64,000 nucleotides of DNA from Salinispira sp. (lineage in GTDB: Bacteria > Spirochaetota > Spirochaetia > DSM-27196 > Salinispiraceae): assembly GCA_965226555.1 (NCBI GenBank), contig CBDDDG010000014.1, positions 32,001 through 96,000 on the forward strand, given 5' to 3'. The notes below the pieces were generated by a model. It was not told where the DNA came from. It saw only the letters and a program-made list of their open reading frames with translations, and ran no database searches. A program made the position numbers and the translations under genes. How positions within the stretch are numbered: position 1 is the first letter of the stretch; each line of letters opens with the position of its first letter. Below are positions 32,066 to 43,070 of the stretch, piece after piece.

Positions 32066-32376
32066 ATTCTTCCTCTTATATCTATAACGGGTAAAAAGTC
32101 ATTCTTGACTATGTTTTTTGAAAGAATTTGAAAGAATTTTGCAAAATGTGTGAATTTTTTCGGGTTGGAATGGATTTTCGGGGCTACGGGAGGGGATGGC
32201 TCGGGAACTGTTCCCGTTACGGTAAGAAGATACAGTGATCCCGAAAAATCGACCCTGTAATTTTCCATGAAAATTCATGTAGATAGTTGATATTCCTGAT
32301 ACTTTGTAGTAGTCTTTAAGGAAGGTTTCAACGCGTATTCGCACTGAAACATATTTTTAGAAAAAGGAGTATTAAA

Positions 32377-34556
32377 ATGATGTTTAATCTTTTTAATCCA
32401 CTACGAAAGTTATGGGGGGGGGGACGTCCTCTGTATTGATTATAATGAGCGTGGTTCTCGTTGCCGTGCTTGCCGGATGTCCGGGGCCAGATCCTGTTCC
32501 GGGAGGTGATCCTGATCCTGTCACTGTTCCTGCCGCGCCGGCTGCTCCCACCCTCAATGTGGGGAACGCCGCACTGACTGTTACATGGGCAGCGCCCGAT
32601 AACGGCGGCAGCGAAATTACCGAGTACCATGTGCAGCACAAAGAAAGTACCGCAGACTGGCCAGCGGACGGCACAACCAATACCGCCACTATCGGCGGTA
32701 CTGTAACAAGCCACACCATTACCGAACTCAACAACACGACCAGTTACGATGTGCGGGTACGCGCGGTCAATGCGCAGGGCGCGGGGAACTGGTCGACATC
32801 TGCCGCTGCAACACCCAGCGCATCCCATCCTCCAGCGCCGAATATGCCCACCCTTGTTGCGGGGAAAGGGAAGCTAACTGTTACCTGGGAAATGCCGACT
32901 ATTGCCGCCGGTGCCAGCGCCATTACCACGTACCATGTGCAGCACAAACTAAGCACCGCAGACTGGCCAACGGACGACTCAACGGACACCGCCACTATTA
33001 ATGACGGCACTGCTGCACGCCACATCATTTCCGGGCTGATAGGCGGCAGTTCGTACGATGTACGGGTGCGCGCAGAAAATGAGGATACATTGCTTGGCGC
33101 ATGGTCGCAGCCTGCCACTGCAACCCCTCTCTCAACTTCCACTGTTCCTGCCGCGCCGACAGCTCCCACCCTCGAAGCAGGGAACGCTTCGCTTACGGTT
33201 ACATGGACAGCGCCCGATGACGGCGGCAGTGCCATTACCGGGTATTACCTTCGCCATAGCGCGGACGGCGGAACCTCATGGACGGAAATGAGCTCCGGTA
33301 TTACCGGCACAAGCCACACCATTACTGGGCTGACAAACGGCGCCAGCTACCACGTACAGGTACGCGCCGCTAACGCTGTGGGCGATGGCGGCTGGTCTGA
33401 ATCCGCAACGGCAACTCCGGCAATAATAATTTCATCGACACAGACTCCCGCGGGTACGGCAGCGACGGTAAACCTTTCGGCTGCCGCTAATGCCATTATT
33501 GCGGCTCAGAGCCCAACTGTTGCTTTGACCACGGTTGAACCGGGCACTCTCTCGGTTAGTGGATCAGGAGACATTACGGTAACTGCCGCAACTACGCCCG
33601 ATGGGGTTACCATTCCGACAGTTGATTCGGGTACCGGAGTTGTTTCGGTTACCGCGACGACAACGGCAGGAACATATCTGGTATATGGCACTGAATCTGG
33701 AGGTACAGACATACTGTTTGCCGAATTTTTCTTTGTTACCGTGAGTCCTGCTGATAACGCTGCACTAGACACAGCGGTAAATGCGGGGATATCAAACTGG
33801 GGCAATACTGCCGATCTCAACTACATTGTTACCACGGCAGTAACGAATATGTCCGAGGTGTTTCTTTCCAATAGCACATTCAATGGCGATATTTCCGGCT
33901 GGGATGTCAGTTCGGTAACGAATATGACCCAGATGTTCGCTGGAGCAAGCGTATTCAATGGTGATATCTCGGACTGGGATGTCAGTTCGGTAACGAATAT
34001 GACCCAGACCTTCGCTTTGGCGAGCGCATTCAATGGCGATATTTCGAAATGGGATACTACAGCGGTAACAGTTATGTATGGGATGTTCAATCAAGCAAGC
34101 ACATTCAATGGCGATATCTCGGGCTGGGATACTACAGCGGTAACGAATATGAGCGATATGTTCCAGCAAGCAAGCGTATTTAATCAGAATATCTCAAGCT
34201 GGGATGTCAGTAAGGTAACGATTATGAACCAGATGTTCTATCTCGCAAATAACTTTAATGGCAATATTTCGGGCTGGGATGTCAGTAAGGTAACGAATGT
34301 GGGCAGTATGTTCAATTCAGCAAGCGCATTCAATCAGAATATCTCAAGCTGGGATGTTAGTTCGGTAACGAATATGAATACTATGTTCGCTGGAGCAAGC
34401 GTATTCAATCAAGATCTTGAAAACTGGGCATGGAATAACTCGGTTAACCCTGCGGTTTACTGGAACAATGCTAACTGGAACAATGGCACATATACCGGAG
34501 GCAAAACAAATATGTTTGTGAATTCCGGCGTAACAACAACGCCGTCATGGTATTAG
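32377..34556 (+). CDS. Surface lipoprotein 3: 3x FN3 + 8x DUF285/BspA-like repeats, frameshifted at G10 in the signal peptide
   Basis: RBS AAGGAG and ATG 32377 are out of frame with the main ORF across G10 (32414-32423); lipobox VLAGC. Confidence 0.85.
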
Positions 34557-34606
34557 GAGCAGTTTCATAGCCCGCAGGGGCTATTGAAACGTTGCAATTC
34601 AACTCC

Positions 34607-34648
34607 GGCAGGCATGGGCGCCGACCAGCCCCCGTGCCTGCCTTTTTT
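34607..34648 (+). terminator. Intrinsic terminator after lipoprotein 3
   Basis: GGCAGGCATGGG...CCCGTGCCTGCC-TTTTTT; preceded by hairpin 34562-34590; the same 3' arm follows lipoprotein 1 (about 7409-7428). Confidence 0.75.
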
Positions 34649-34781
34649 CGATTGCTCTCCCATGCGTCCGGGCTGATCAAATAGTAATATCTCAAAATAA
34701 TAGAAACTTTTTGAAAAAATTTCTCATATTCACCGTTCATATTTTACCCGTCTATATGGTATGAGAAAAGATTATATCAAT

Positions 34782-34925
34782 ATGGTACACGACAAAAGTT
34801 GGAAATATGTTTTCGGGAGTGCTCAGATATTCCGGGACTTCATATACTCCTACTTCAACAAAGGCCTCGCGCGGAGCATTGTTCCCGGGAGAGCATCGAG
34901 CGTATCAACACAGAGCATACCAGCC
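34782..34925 (+). pseudogene. Rpn family C N-terminal stub, second copy
   Basis: MVHDKSWKYVFGSAQIFRDFI...; truncated at the same point as 16546-16687. Confidence 0.7.
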
Positions 34926-35032
34926 CCCCATTCCCGACTCCCCGAAAAAAAATCACACTATTTCTTCAAATTCTTTCCCAAAACATAGTTAAAAATGACT
35001 TTTCTCCCGTTATAGATGTAAGAGGAATGTTT

Positions 35033-36071
35033 ATGAAAAAATCATCCCAGAGCACAGGCCACATCCACGACATAGCCTTCAAGATCGCCTACTACAAGAA
35101 CCCCCCGGCTGATTCCCGACCTGCTGCGGCTGTTCTGTGAAGATACAACGCTTACCAAGCTGGATCTGGACAAAATCCGCATTGAAACCCCCAGCTACAT
35201 TGCAGGAAAAAAGAACCTTCACTGCGATCTCGTTGTCAGTGCCCCCTTCCTGTCAGACCCCGACCGGAAATCTATTTTTATTATTGAGCATAAAAGCTAC
35301 CTGAATAAACATGCTCTCACTCAAATCGATAACTATCAGTATGTCATCAGAAACAGCAATGTGTACAATGAAAGGGATGCTATCTATATACTGCTGCTCT
35401 ACCATGGAAAAAAGGAATGGAACCTCCAGCGCGAATTTTATAGTTCGCATGGAAATGCTGCTTCCGAATCCCTTACCGAAGGCACGGTGGATGTCAGGGT
35501 GAAAGTGTCGTACATTGTGCGCGATCTTTGTAGAATGAAAAAGGAGCAGTTGGCATGGCGTTCCGATGGAAAACGATATACATCGACTGCATTGTGGTAT
35601 ATAATGCGAGATAATAAAATGGATGCTGAGGGGCTGAAAGAAATTGCGCAGCTCCTGAACGGTTTGTCATCACAAGACTTTACTGATCTGGCAGAGAGTG
35701 TGCTAGGTTACCTGAAGGACTTGGGACTGTATGGACAGTTTGAGAAAATTGACAGGGAACTATATTCAGTAGGAGAAAACAGTATGCGGACATATAACAT
35801 AACCAATGCCTTCGTCAGGGAAGGTATTGCGAAGGGCCGGATTGAGGGTCTTGAGCAGGGTATCACAAAGGGCCGGGCTGAGGGCATTGAGAAAGGTATT
35901 CTGAAAGGAATGGAGAAAGGTATTCTGAAAGGTCGCTCGGAGGGGCATATTGAGGAGCGGAGAAAAAACGCTCGCAGTATGTTTTTGGAAGGATTGTCGA
36001 CAGAGGCTGTTCAGAGGATTACCGGGCTGAGCGATGAGGAAATGCGGACATTGCGGAACGGATCGCATTAA
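35033..36071 (+). pseudogene. Rpn family A with +1 frameshift near 35097; internal small ORF 35784-36071 intact
   Basis: TACAAGAACC versus TACAGAACC in paralogues; total length 1039 = 3n+1. Confidence 0.85.
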
Positions 36072-36105
36072 TTGACGTTGCTCGGCCTGCTCGCCCATGC
36101 GTCTG

Positions 36106-36234
36106 TCAGGAATGATCGATACAAAGTAGTACTGGAAAATGATAATCAATATGGAAAATCGTTAATGAGCTGCGCGCAAAAATTTTATCGCTTATTTCTT
36201 CAAGACGCTTCAAGCGTTCTTCAAAACTTTTCAT
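36106..36234 (-). pseudogene. xseB: Possible truncated exonuclease VII small subunit
   Basis: AAGGA RBS then MKSFEERLKRLEEISDKI (XseB-like N-terminus); similarity lost after about 18 codons. Confidence 0.5.
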
Positions 36235-36344
36235 TGCTGATCCTTGTGTTTCATGCGTTCCGCTGTTGAGATCGTCCGATATTCACCCATTCTCTTGCAC
36301 GTGATCATCCGGTTGACGAAATTCTGTGTGATATTACATGGAGT

Positions 36345-37337
36345 TCAGGGTTTTCTCTGACACAAAAGGGAGCTGAGGGCTTCCTTTTCAGCGAGTAGTT
36401 CATTGAGGGTAGTGTTTAATTTCTGCTGCGCGAAGGTGTTGTGCTCAATTCCTTGGACAATGTGCCAGTTTGTGCCGTTGCTCCGCAGGGGAAAACCGAA
36501 CATGAGCCCCTCGGGAATGCCGTAGCTACCATCGGATGAAACGGCTGCGGAGAAGAACTCGCCTTCGGGGGTTGGGCGGGTGAGGTTTTTTACTGTGTCA
36601 ATGACGGCGTTTGCCGCGGATGCTGCCGATGAGGCGCCGCGGGCCTCAATTATGGCAGTGCCCCGTTTCTGAACGGTGCTGAGGAAGTCTCCTTTGAGCC
36701 ATTGTTCGTTGCCAATAACTTCGCTGGCAGGTCTGCCCGTGATGGCGGCATGGTAAAAATCGGGGTACATGGTCGGCGAGTGGTTTCCCCAAATTGCCAG
36801 ATTTTTCACTTCACGTACCTGAACATCTGCCTTCGCTGCGAGCTGTGTTAGCGCGCGGTTCTGGTCGAGCATGGTCATTGCGAAGAAATTTTCCTGCGGC
36901 ATTGACGGGGCTGCGGCCTTCGCGGCGAATGCGTTGCTGTTGCAGGGGTTCCCGACAACGAGCACCTTGCAGCCCGCTCCCGCGTACTCGGCAATTGCCC
37001 GGCCCTGCTTCACGAAGATTCCCCCGTTTCCTTTGAGCAGATCGGCGCGCTCCATGCCCTTTTTACGAGGAACCGAGCCGACAAGGAGCGCCCAGTCGGC
37101 ATTGTTGAAGGCGGCTGCCGCGCTGGAAGTTGCGGTCGCCGACCGGAGAAGCGGAAATGCGCAGTCCTCCAGTTCCATAATAACACCCCGAAGGGCAGGA
37201 AGCGCCTGTTCAAGCTCAAGAAGCTGAAGATGCACTTCGGTGTCCTGCCCGAACATCTGCCCTGAAGCAATTCTGAAAAGAAGGGCGTATCCAATCTGCC
37301 CCGCCGCGCCGGTAACTGCTACCCGCATATCTTTCAT
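36345..37337 (-). CDS. mdh: Malate dehydrogenase
   Basis: [42 protein letters not shown]. Confidence 0.97.
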   Translation of the reverse strand: MKDMRVAVTGAAGQIGYALLFRIASGQMFGQDTEVHLQLLELEQALPALRGVIMELEDCAFPLLRSATATSSAAAAFNNADWALLVGSVPRKKGMERADLLKGNGGIFVKQGRAIAEYAGAGCKVLVVGNPCNSNAFAAKAAAPSMPQENFFAMTMLDQNRALTQLAAKADVQVREVKNLAIWGNHSPTMYPDFYHAAITGRPASEVIGNEQWLKGDFLSTVQKRGTAIIEARGASSAASAANAVIDTVKNLTRPTPEGEFFSAAVSSDGSYGIPEGLMFGFPLRSNGTNWHIVQGIEHNTFAQQKLNTTLNELLAEKEALSSLLCQRKP

Positions 37338-37560
37338 ATCCATACCTCCATCGGCATAATCTGTCTGAAACATCTGCATAGAGCAAAACGCTCTACATCT
37401 CCAGAATTATATCCTACATTCCAATCCATATCCATAGCCATCATGATATTCCGTGGGATATTCCGCCATCAATTTTACCGCATCAATTTTATACCATCAA
37501 TAGTACAAAAATCGTGGGCACATCGGCTGAATATCTGTTACACTGTGAGCAGGCGGAAAT

Positions 37561-39315
37561 ATGAACAGAGCAATACGGAGAGCGCTCCTGAGTGTCAGCG
37601 ATAAAACACACATTACCGTCCTTGCGTCTTTTCTCGCAGAGCGGGATGTTGAAATTATCGCTACGGGCGGCACCGCAGGGCTCATTGCGGAGCAGGGGCT
37701 GGCGGTTACTCCCGTGGAAGAAATTACCGGCAATCCCGAGGCCTTCGGCGGGAGAATGAAGACCATCAGTTTTCAGATTGAAAGTTCCATACTTTTCCGC
37801 CGTGATCGTCAGTGCGATGTTGATGATGCCGAAAAACTCGGCCTGCGCGCCATTGATCTTGTGGTATGCAATCTCTATCCATTTGAAAAAATTGCCGGCG
37901 GAAATCCTGCCCCCGATTGTGATACGCTTGTTGAGAACATTGATATTGGCGGGCCGACGATGATCCGCGCCGCAGCAAAAAATTACCGCTTTGTAACGGT
38001 ACTCACTGACCCTGCGCAATATGAGCAGTTCATGAAACTCACCGGCAGCGGCACGCTCAATGAAGACATCCGCTTCAATTTTGCCCTTCAGGCTCTGCGC
38101 CTGACCGCCCGCTATGATCAGTTTATTTTCAACACCCTTGCAGCCCGCGCCCGCAATGACGCGCCCCCGCTGCCATTCCCGCTGGCATTTCATGAACTGA
38201 AGAAACTCCGCTATGGGGAAAATCCGCATCAGCGGGCATGGATGGCGCCCTGGGATAATTCGCATTCCCCCATCCGCCTTGCCCGTGCCGAGGTACTTCA
38301 GGGAAAGGAGCTGTCGTATAACAATATGACCGATGCCGACAGCGCATGGAAATGCACTAGCGAACTTCATTATCATTTTCCAGAGCACTTCGCGGTAACG
38401 ATTGTAAAGCACGGGAACCCCTGCGGCGCGGCAGTTGGAAGGAATGCGTTGTCGGTCCTTGAAAAGGCATGGGACTGCGATCCTGTGAGCAGTTTTGGAA
38501 GCATTATCAGCTTTAGTTGGGAAATTGGCAGAGCCGAGGCAGACTGGCTTGCCGAGCGTTTTGTTGAGGTGATTGTTGCGCCAGCATGTTCTCCGGAAGC
38601 GCTGGAGATTTTTGCCCGAAAGAAAAATCTGCGTCTTTTACTCTGTGAAAACAGATCAGCGGACAGCGCCGAGAAGGTTATACGGAGCATGAGCGGTGCC
38701 CTGCTCATCCAGGATGAGGATGAGCCGAGAGATTATGAGTTCAAAAGTGTAACTACGCGTCGGTTTCCGAAGGAGCTGCGCCGGCTTTGCCTCTTCGGCA
38801 TGGTTGTTAACAAGTATCTCAGGAGTAACAGCATCGTGCTGGTGGACAAAATTGCGCCGGTCGACAAAATTGCGCAGGGAAGCACAGCGGCGGCGGAAGG
38901 CATGAATGCCCGGGGAGATGAAGATGCCGGAGGAGATGAGCAGGTCAGGGGAGATGAAGCTGATTTCATGGTCATTGCCGGTGCCGGAATGGGGCAGCCG
39001 AATCGTCTGGATTCCCTGAAGCTCCTTGCAGCCGAACGCGCCGGACTCAGGCAGCGGGCATCAGCAGAACCATCCGCATCAGCAGAACCGATCCCATCAT
39101 CTCCATCGCCCGACAGGAATTCCGGCAGAAGCTCCATGGTACTCATAAGCGATGCATTTTTTCCCTTTCGTGATAGTATAGATATGGCGCATTCCTTTGG
39201 TATACAATGTATCGTTCAGCCCGGGGGAAGCATACGGGATAAAGAAGTTATCAATGCCTGCAACGAGCACAGCATCGCCATGTGTTTCACCTCCGTTCGC
39301 CACTTTCGCCATTAA
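37561..39315 (+). CDS. purH: Bifunctional AICAR transformylase / IMP cyclohydrolase
   Basis: RALLSVSDK, ENIDIGGPTMIRAAAKN, LRYGENPHQ, KHGNPCG, SDAFFPF, QPGGSIRD, RHFRH. Confidence 0.97.
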   Translation: MNRAIRRALLSVSDKTHITVLASFLAERDVEIIATGGTAGLIAEQGLAVTPVEEITGNPEAFGGRMKTISFQIESSILFRRDRQCDVDDAEKLGLRAIDLVVCNLYPFEKIAGGNPAPDCDTLVENIDIGGPTMIRAAAKNYRFVTVLTDPAQYEQFMKLTGSGTLNEDIRFNFALQALRLTARYDQFIFNTLAARARNDAPPLPFPLAFHELKKLRYGENPHQRAWMAPWDNSHSPIRLARAEVLQGKELSYNNMTDADSAWKCTSELHYHFPEHFAVTIVKHGNPCGAAVGRNALSVLEKAWDCDPVSSFGSIISFSWEIGRAEADWLAERFVEVIVAPACSPEALEIFARKKNLRLLLCENRSADSAEKVIRSMSGALLIQDEDEPRDYEFKSVTTRRFPKELRRLCLFGMVVNKYLRSNSIVLVDKIAPVDKIAQGSTAAAEGMNARGDEDAGGDEQVRGDEADFMVIAGAGMGQPNRLDSLKLLAAERAGLRQRASAEPSASAEPIPSSPSPDRNSGRSSMVLISDAFFPFRDSIDMAHSFGIQCIVQPGGSIRDKEVINACNEHSIAMCFTSVRHFRH

Positions 39316-39318
39316 CCC

Positions 39319-40317
39319 ATGTCTCCGCGCACCGGACTATTCCAACGAGCACGGCGGGCGCTGCTGCCCCGACCACGGTCGCTCCTCGTGAACATCATCA
39401 GCATCTTCCTGCGGCGCCTCATCCGCCTCATACTAACTGTGTTCATTGCCGGTACCGCATTGTTTTTACTGCTTCGGATAATACCCGGCGATCCGGCGCA
39501 GATTATTGTCGGTATGGATCGGGCAGTGGATGAGGCGCAGCTCGCAGACATTCGCGGCCGGCTGGGGCTTAATGAACCCCTCATAAAGCAGTATGGAAAC
39601 TGGCTTTTTGCGGCAATCCGTCTCGATTTTGGCACTTCATGGCAAAAAGCGCTTCCTGTTGGTCAACTTCTGGTCGAACGCTTGAGAATCACCCTGCTCC
39701 TGGCACTTGTTTCCATGGGTATCGCAGTTCTCATTGCGTTGCCTGCGGGCGTTGTGAGCGCTGTTCGGCAGGATGATCGTATCGATCATGTCATAATGGG
39801 AACATCTCACATTGTACTTGCCATTCCCGGATTCTGGCTCGGCATTATGCTTCTGCTTATGTTTTCCGTTGTAATCCCGATATTCCCCCTTTACGGATCA
39901 TTAAGTCTCCGGCATTTTATTCTTCCCGCCATTACCCTAGGTTTCGGCAGCGCAGCCTTCCTGAGCCGCCTAGTGCGGACTGCCATTCTCCGTGAGTTGG
40001 ACAGGGACTATGTTTTCTTCTTCACGCAGCTCGGCCTGCCCCGATCACGGGTCATTTGGCGCCATGTGCTTCCCAATGCACTTATTCCCATTGCCATTCC
40101 GGCAGGCATTCAATTCGGCTATCTGCTCGGAGGCGCAATTATCATTGAACAGATTTTTAGTATGGGCGGAACAGGCAGGCTTATTCTGCATGCCATTCAG
40201 ACACGGGATTTTCCCCTCATTCAGGGAACTGTTATTTTTCTTGCGGCGATTTTCTCGCTGGTCAATTTTGCTGCCGACATCTTTGTAACCCTCGCTGATC
40301 CTGAGAAGAGAATATGA
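39319..40317 (+). CDS. Peptide/nickel ABC permease (DppB/OppB-like)
   Basis: IPGDPA, LGLNEPL..QY, IPGFWLG, RHVLPNALIP, RDFPLIQG. Confidence 0.9.
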   Translation: MSPRTGLFQRARRALLPRPRSLLVNIISIFLRRLIRLILTVFIAGTALFLLLRIIPGDPAQIIVGMDRAVDEAQLADIRGRLGLNEPLIKQYGNWLFAAIRLDFGTSWQKALPVGQLLVERLRITLLLALVSMGIAVLIALPAGVVSAVRQDDRIDHVIMGTSHIVLAIPGFWLGIMLLLMFSVVIPIFPLYGSLSLRHFILPAITLGFGSAAFLSRLVRTAILRELDRDYVFFFTQLGLPRSRVIWRHVLPNALIPIAIPAGIQFGYLLGGAIIIEQIFSMGGTGRLILHAIQTRDFPLIQGTVIFLAAIFSLVNFAADIFVTLADPEKRI

Positions 40318-41360
40318 ACAAAATCAATTTCACAAACATACGGATCACCCATATCACGGCAGGCGGCGTTGTGGAAATTCTTCACAACATTGATATTGCG
40401 CTCTTTCCCGGGAAAGTACTTGCTGTGCTCGGTGAAAGCGGGGCGGGGAAGAGCTTTCTTGCGCGATCCTTATGCGCCCTCGCCGGGCGGAATGACTTCA
40501 TTCCTTCGGGCTTTTTTCTCAATGGACAGGTTACCCGCACAGATATATTTCCGGCAATGATCTTTCAGAATGTAAAGACCTGTCTCAATCCCTCCCTACG
40601 CGTCGGCTCGCATCTGAAAGAAATTCTCCGTTACCGCCAGCCGCCGCCAGCCTTTGCATCTCCAGAAAACCTCCTTGAACTTGTGAACCTTCCCCCGGGA
40701 AGGAGCTTTCAGCAGCAGTATCCTCATGAGCTTTCAGGCGGCATGCAGCAGCGGCTTGCCGTAGCCTGCGCGATAGCGGCTGATGCCGACATTCTCATTG
40801 CCGATGAAGCCCTCACCGCGCTGGACAGGGAAACAGCCCGTAATGTTTTGTCGGTGTTCGGCACTATTGCCCGGGAACTGCATAAGGCTGTCGTGTTGAT
40901 TACACATAACCTGCGAATTCTGCAGGAATGCGCGGATCGGGTTGCGGTTATGTACAGCGGATATCTGATGGAGGAGGGGAGAGCGGATATATTTCTGAAG
41001 GAACCCCGGCATCCCTATAGCCGCGCCCTCATGGAAAGCCGCCCGTCCGGGCAGCAAAAAGGACGGTTGCTCAATGAAATTGAGGGTGACATTTCTCCCG
41101 CAGGGCAGTCATTCGCCGGCTGTCCCTTCGCCCCCCGCTGCCAATATCAGCAAGAAGACTGCCGTACCCGCCTTCCCCCCATGCGTTTCAATGTCGATGC
41201 AGCCGCGAGCGCGAGCGCTGATACTGATGTTGACGCAGCCGCTGATACAGCCGCCAAGGCTGACGCGGGTTCCCGCTACCGCTGCTTTCACCCCCTTCCT
41301 GCTGCCCGCCTTCATCCGCTTTCCGTTTCCGGGGATCGGATCGGGGTCGGTCGTGAGTGA
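40314..41360 (+). CDS. Peptide ABC ATP-binding protein (DppD/OppD-like)
   Basis: GESGAGKS, YPHELSGGMQQR, IADE, PRHPYS, GCPFAPRC. Confidence 0.9.
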   Translation: MNKINFTNIRITHITAGGVVEILHNIDIALFPGKVLAVLGESGAGKSFLARSLCALAGRNDFIPSGFFLNGQVTRTDIFPAMIFQNVKTCLNPSLRVGSHLKEILRYRQPPPAFASPENLLELVNLPPGRSFQQQYPHELSGGMQQRLAVACAIAADADILIADEALTALDRETARNVLSVFGTIARELHKAVVLITHNLRILQECADRVAVMYSGYLMEEGRADIFLKEPRHPYSRALMESRPSGQQKGRLLNEIEGDISPAGQSFAGCPFAPRCQYQQEDCRTRLPPMRFNVDAAASASADTDVDAAADTAAKADAGSRYRCFHPLPAARLHPLSVSGDRIGVGRE

Positions 41361-41361
41361 A

Positions 41362-42108
41362 ATGATGGATGGGAAGATAAGTCGGGTTCCCGTGCTCTGT
41401 CTGGAAAAGGTGTATAAGTCCTATTCAAGTTCCGGATTCGGCGGAATTGCTTCACAGTCCGTAGAGGTACTCAATAATTTTTCTCTCAACCTGTATCAGG
41501 GAGAAACGCTGGTTCTTCTGGGGAAATCCGGCCTCGGGAAGAGTACTGTTGCGCGTTGTATTCTCCGCTTGGAGGATATTCAGGCGGGGAAAATTGTCTC
41601 TGCCTGGGGAATGATTGTAAACAAAGGAGAATCCGGAAGGGGCTGGGCAAAAAAATGGGCAGCTCAGGAAACAATGCCCCCGCAGGAATTGTACCGGCGC
41701 GTGCAGCTGGTTCCCCAATCCACGGGGAACAGCCTGAATCCATTCATGACGCTTGAGCAGAACATTACCCGTGTTATGAGCCAGAACCCGGGTACGCGGA
41801 GTCTGGAGGAGGGGCTTGCGCTCAGCGGCTTGGACACTTCCCTGCTCGGACGCCGCCCGGTACAGCTCAGCGGGGGGCAGCGGCAGCGTTTTCTGCTGCT
41901 CAGGGCGCTGATCATGAACCCCCGAATTATTATTTTCGATGAACCCGTGTCCAGCCTCGATTCTTCTATTCAGGCCCGAATTCTCAATACCCTGCGCCGC
42001 CTGAAAGAGGAGCAGAATCTGTCATATCTTTTTATTACCCACAACACCGATGTCGCAGAATACATCGGCGACCGCATCATCAATATGGAAACACTGTATC
42101 AGGATTGA
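41362..42108 (+). CDS. Peptide ABC ATP-binding protein (DppF/OppF-like)
   Basis: GKSGLGKST, LSGGQRQR, FDEPVSSLDSSIQA. Confidence 0.88.
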   Translation: MMDGKISRVPVLCLEKVYKSYSSSGFGGIASQSVEVLNNFSLNLYQGETLVLLGKSGLGKSTVARCILRLEDIQAGKIVSAWGMIVNKGESGRGWAKKWAAQETMPPQELYRRVQLVPQSTGNSLNPFMTLEQNITRVMSQNPGTRSLEEGLALSGLDTSLLGRRPVQLSGGQRQRFLLLRALIMNPRIIIFDEPVSSLDSSIQARILNTLRRLKEEQNLSYLFITHNTDVAEYIGDRIINMETLYQD

Positions 42109-42158
42109 TTGCCCACTCAGTGGAATGTTTTTTGCTCCTGATGTATGCTGAAACATCT

Positions 42159-43070
42159 ATGAATGTACAATACGATTTTTTGGAGAATAGCGTTTTTCCG
42201 TTACTTGTTATGGAAAAATCTGAATATGCGGGGAATCAATGTGTATTTCGTAATGGTACTGCCGGGGTATGGCTGTATCAATCGAATTGTCTGGAATTTA
42301 TGGACGCATTACTGAAGAAATATCCCGAGGGTGTGTTTAGCATGATTTTTGCTGATCCCCCGTATTTTTTATCGAACGGCGGAATAAGTTGCCATGCGGG
42401 TAAAATGGTTAAGGTGGATAAGGGCGATTGGGATAAATCGCAGGGTCCTGTACTGAATCATGAATTTAATGTAAGTTGGCTATCGCTATGTCAAAAATTG
42501 CTTAAGGAGAATGGGACAATGTGGGTATCGGGCACCTCTCATGTGATTCATTCAGTGGGTTATGCCATGCAGCAATTAGGAATGAAGTTGCTCAACGATA
42601 TAACATGGGAAAAACCCAATCCTCCCCCGAATCTTTCCTGCAGATACTTTACCCATTCCACCGAAACCATTATCTGGGCAGCAAAAAATGAGAAGACGAA
42701 ACATATTTTCCATTATCAGAAAATGCGGAAGGAAAATGGCGGTAAGCAGATGAAAACGGTTTGGAACATACGACCTCCCGCGAAGAGTGAAAAGGAATTC
42801 GGGAAGCACCCTACACAAAAACCGCTGTTGTTGTTGGAGAGAATAATTGAAGCAAGCACAGATGAAGGAGACCTCATTTTTGATCCTTTCGCAGGCAGCA
42901 GTACAACGGGTGTTGCTGCTATCCGCCGCAACAGAAAATTTGTCGGCTGTGAACTGGAGCATGAGTTTATTGCTATTTCGAAAGAACGATTACATGCCGG
43001 TCTGAAGAGCTCCGATCTGGAACGCTCCAGTCTGAAAAGCGTGCCGAAAAAGATGGTTTCTGAAAGATGA
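42159..43070 (+). CDS. Beta-class amino-DNA methyltransferase (DpnA-like)
   Basis: IFADPPYFLSNGG precedes KHPTQKP and DPFAGSSTTG; start approximate. Confidence 0.9.
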   Translation: MNVQYDFLENSVFPLLVMEKSEYAGNQCVFRNGTAGVWLYQSNCLEFMDALLKKYPEGVFSMIFADPPYFLSNGGISCHAGKMVKVDKGDWDKSQGPVLNHEFNVSWLSLCQKLLKENGTMWVSGTSHVIHSVGYAMQQLGMKLLNDITWEKPNPPPNLSCRYFTHSTETIIWAAKNEKTKHIFHYQKMRKENGGKQMKTVWNIRPPAKSEKEFGKHPTQKPLLLLERIIEASTDEGDLIFDPFAGSSTTGVAAIRRNRKFVGCELEHEFIAISKERLHAGLKSSDLERSSLKSVPKKMVSER

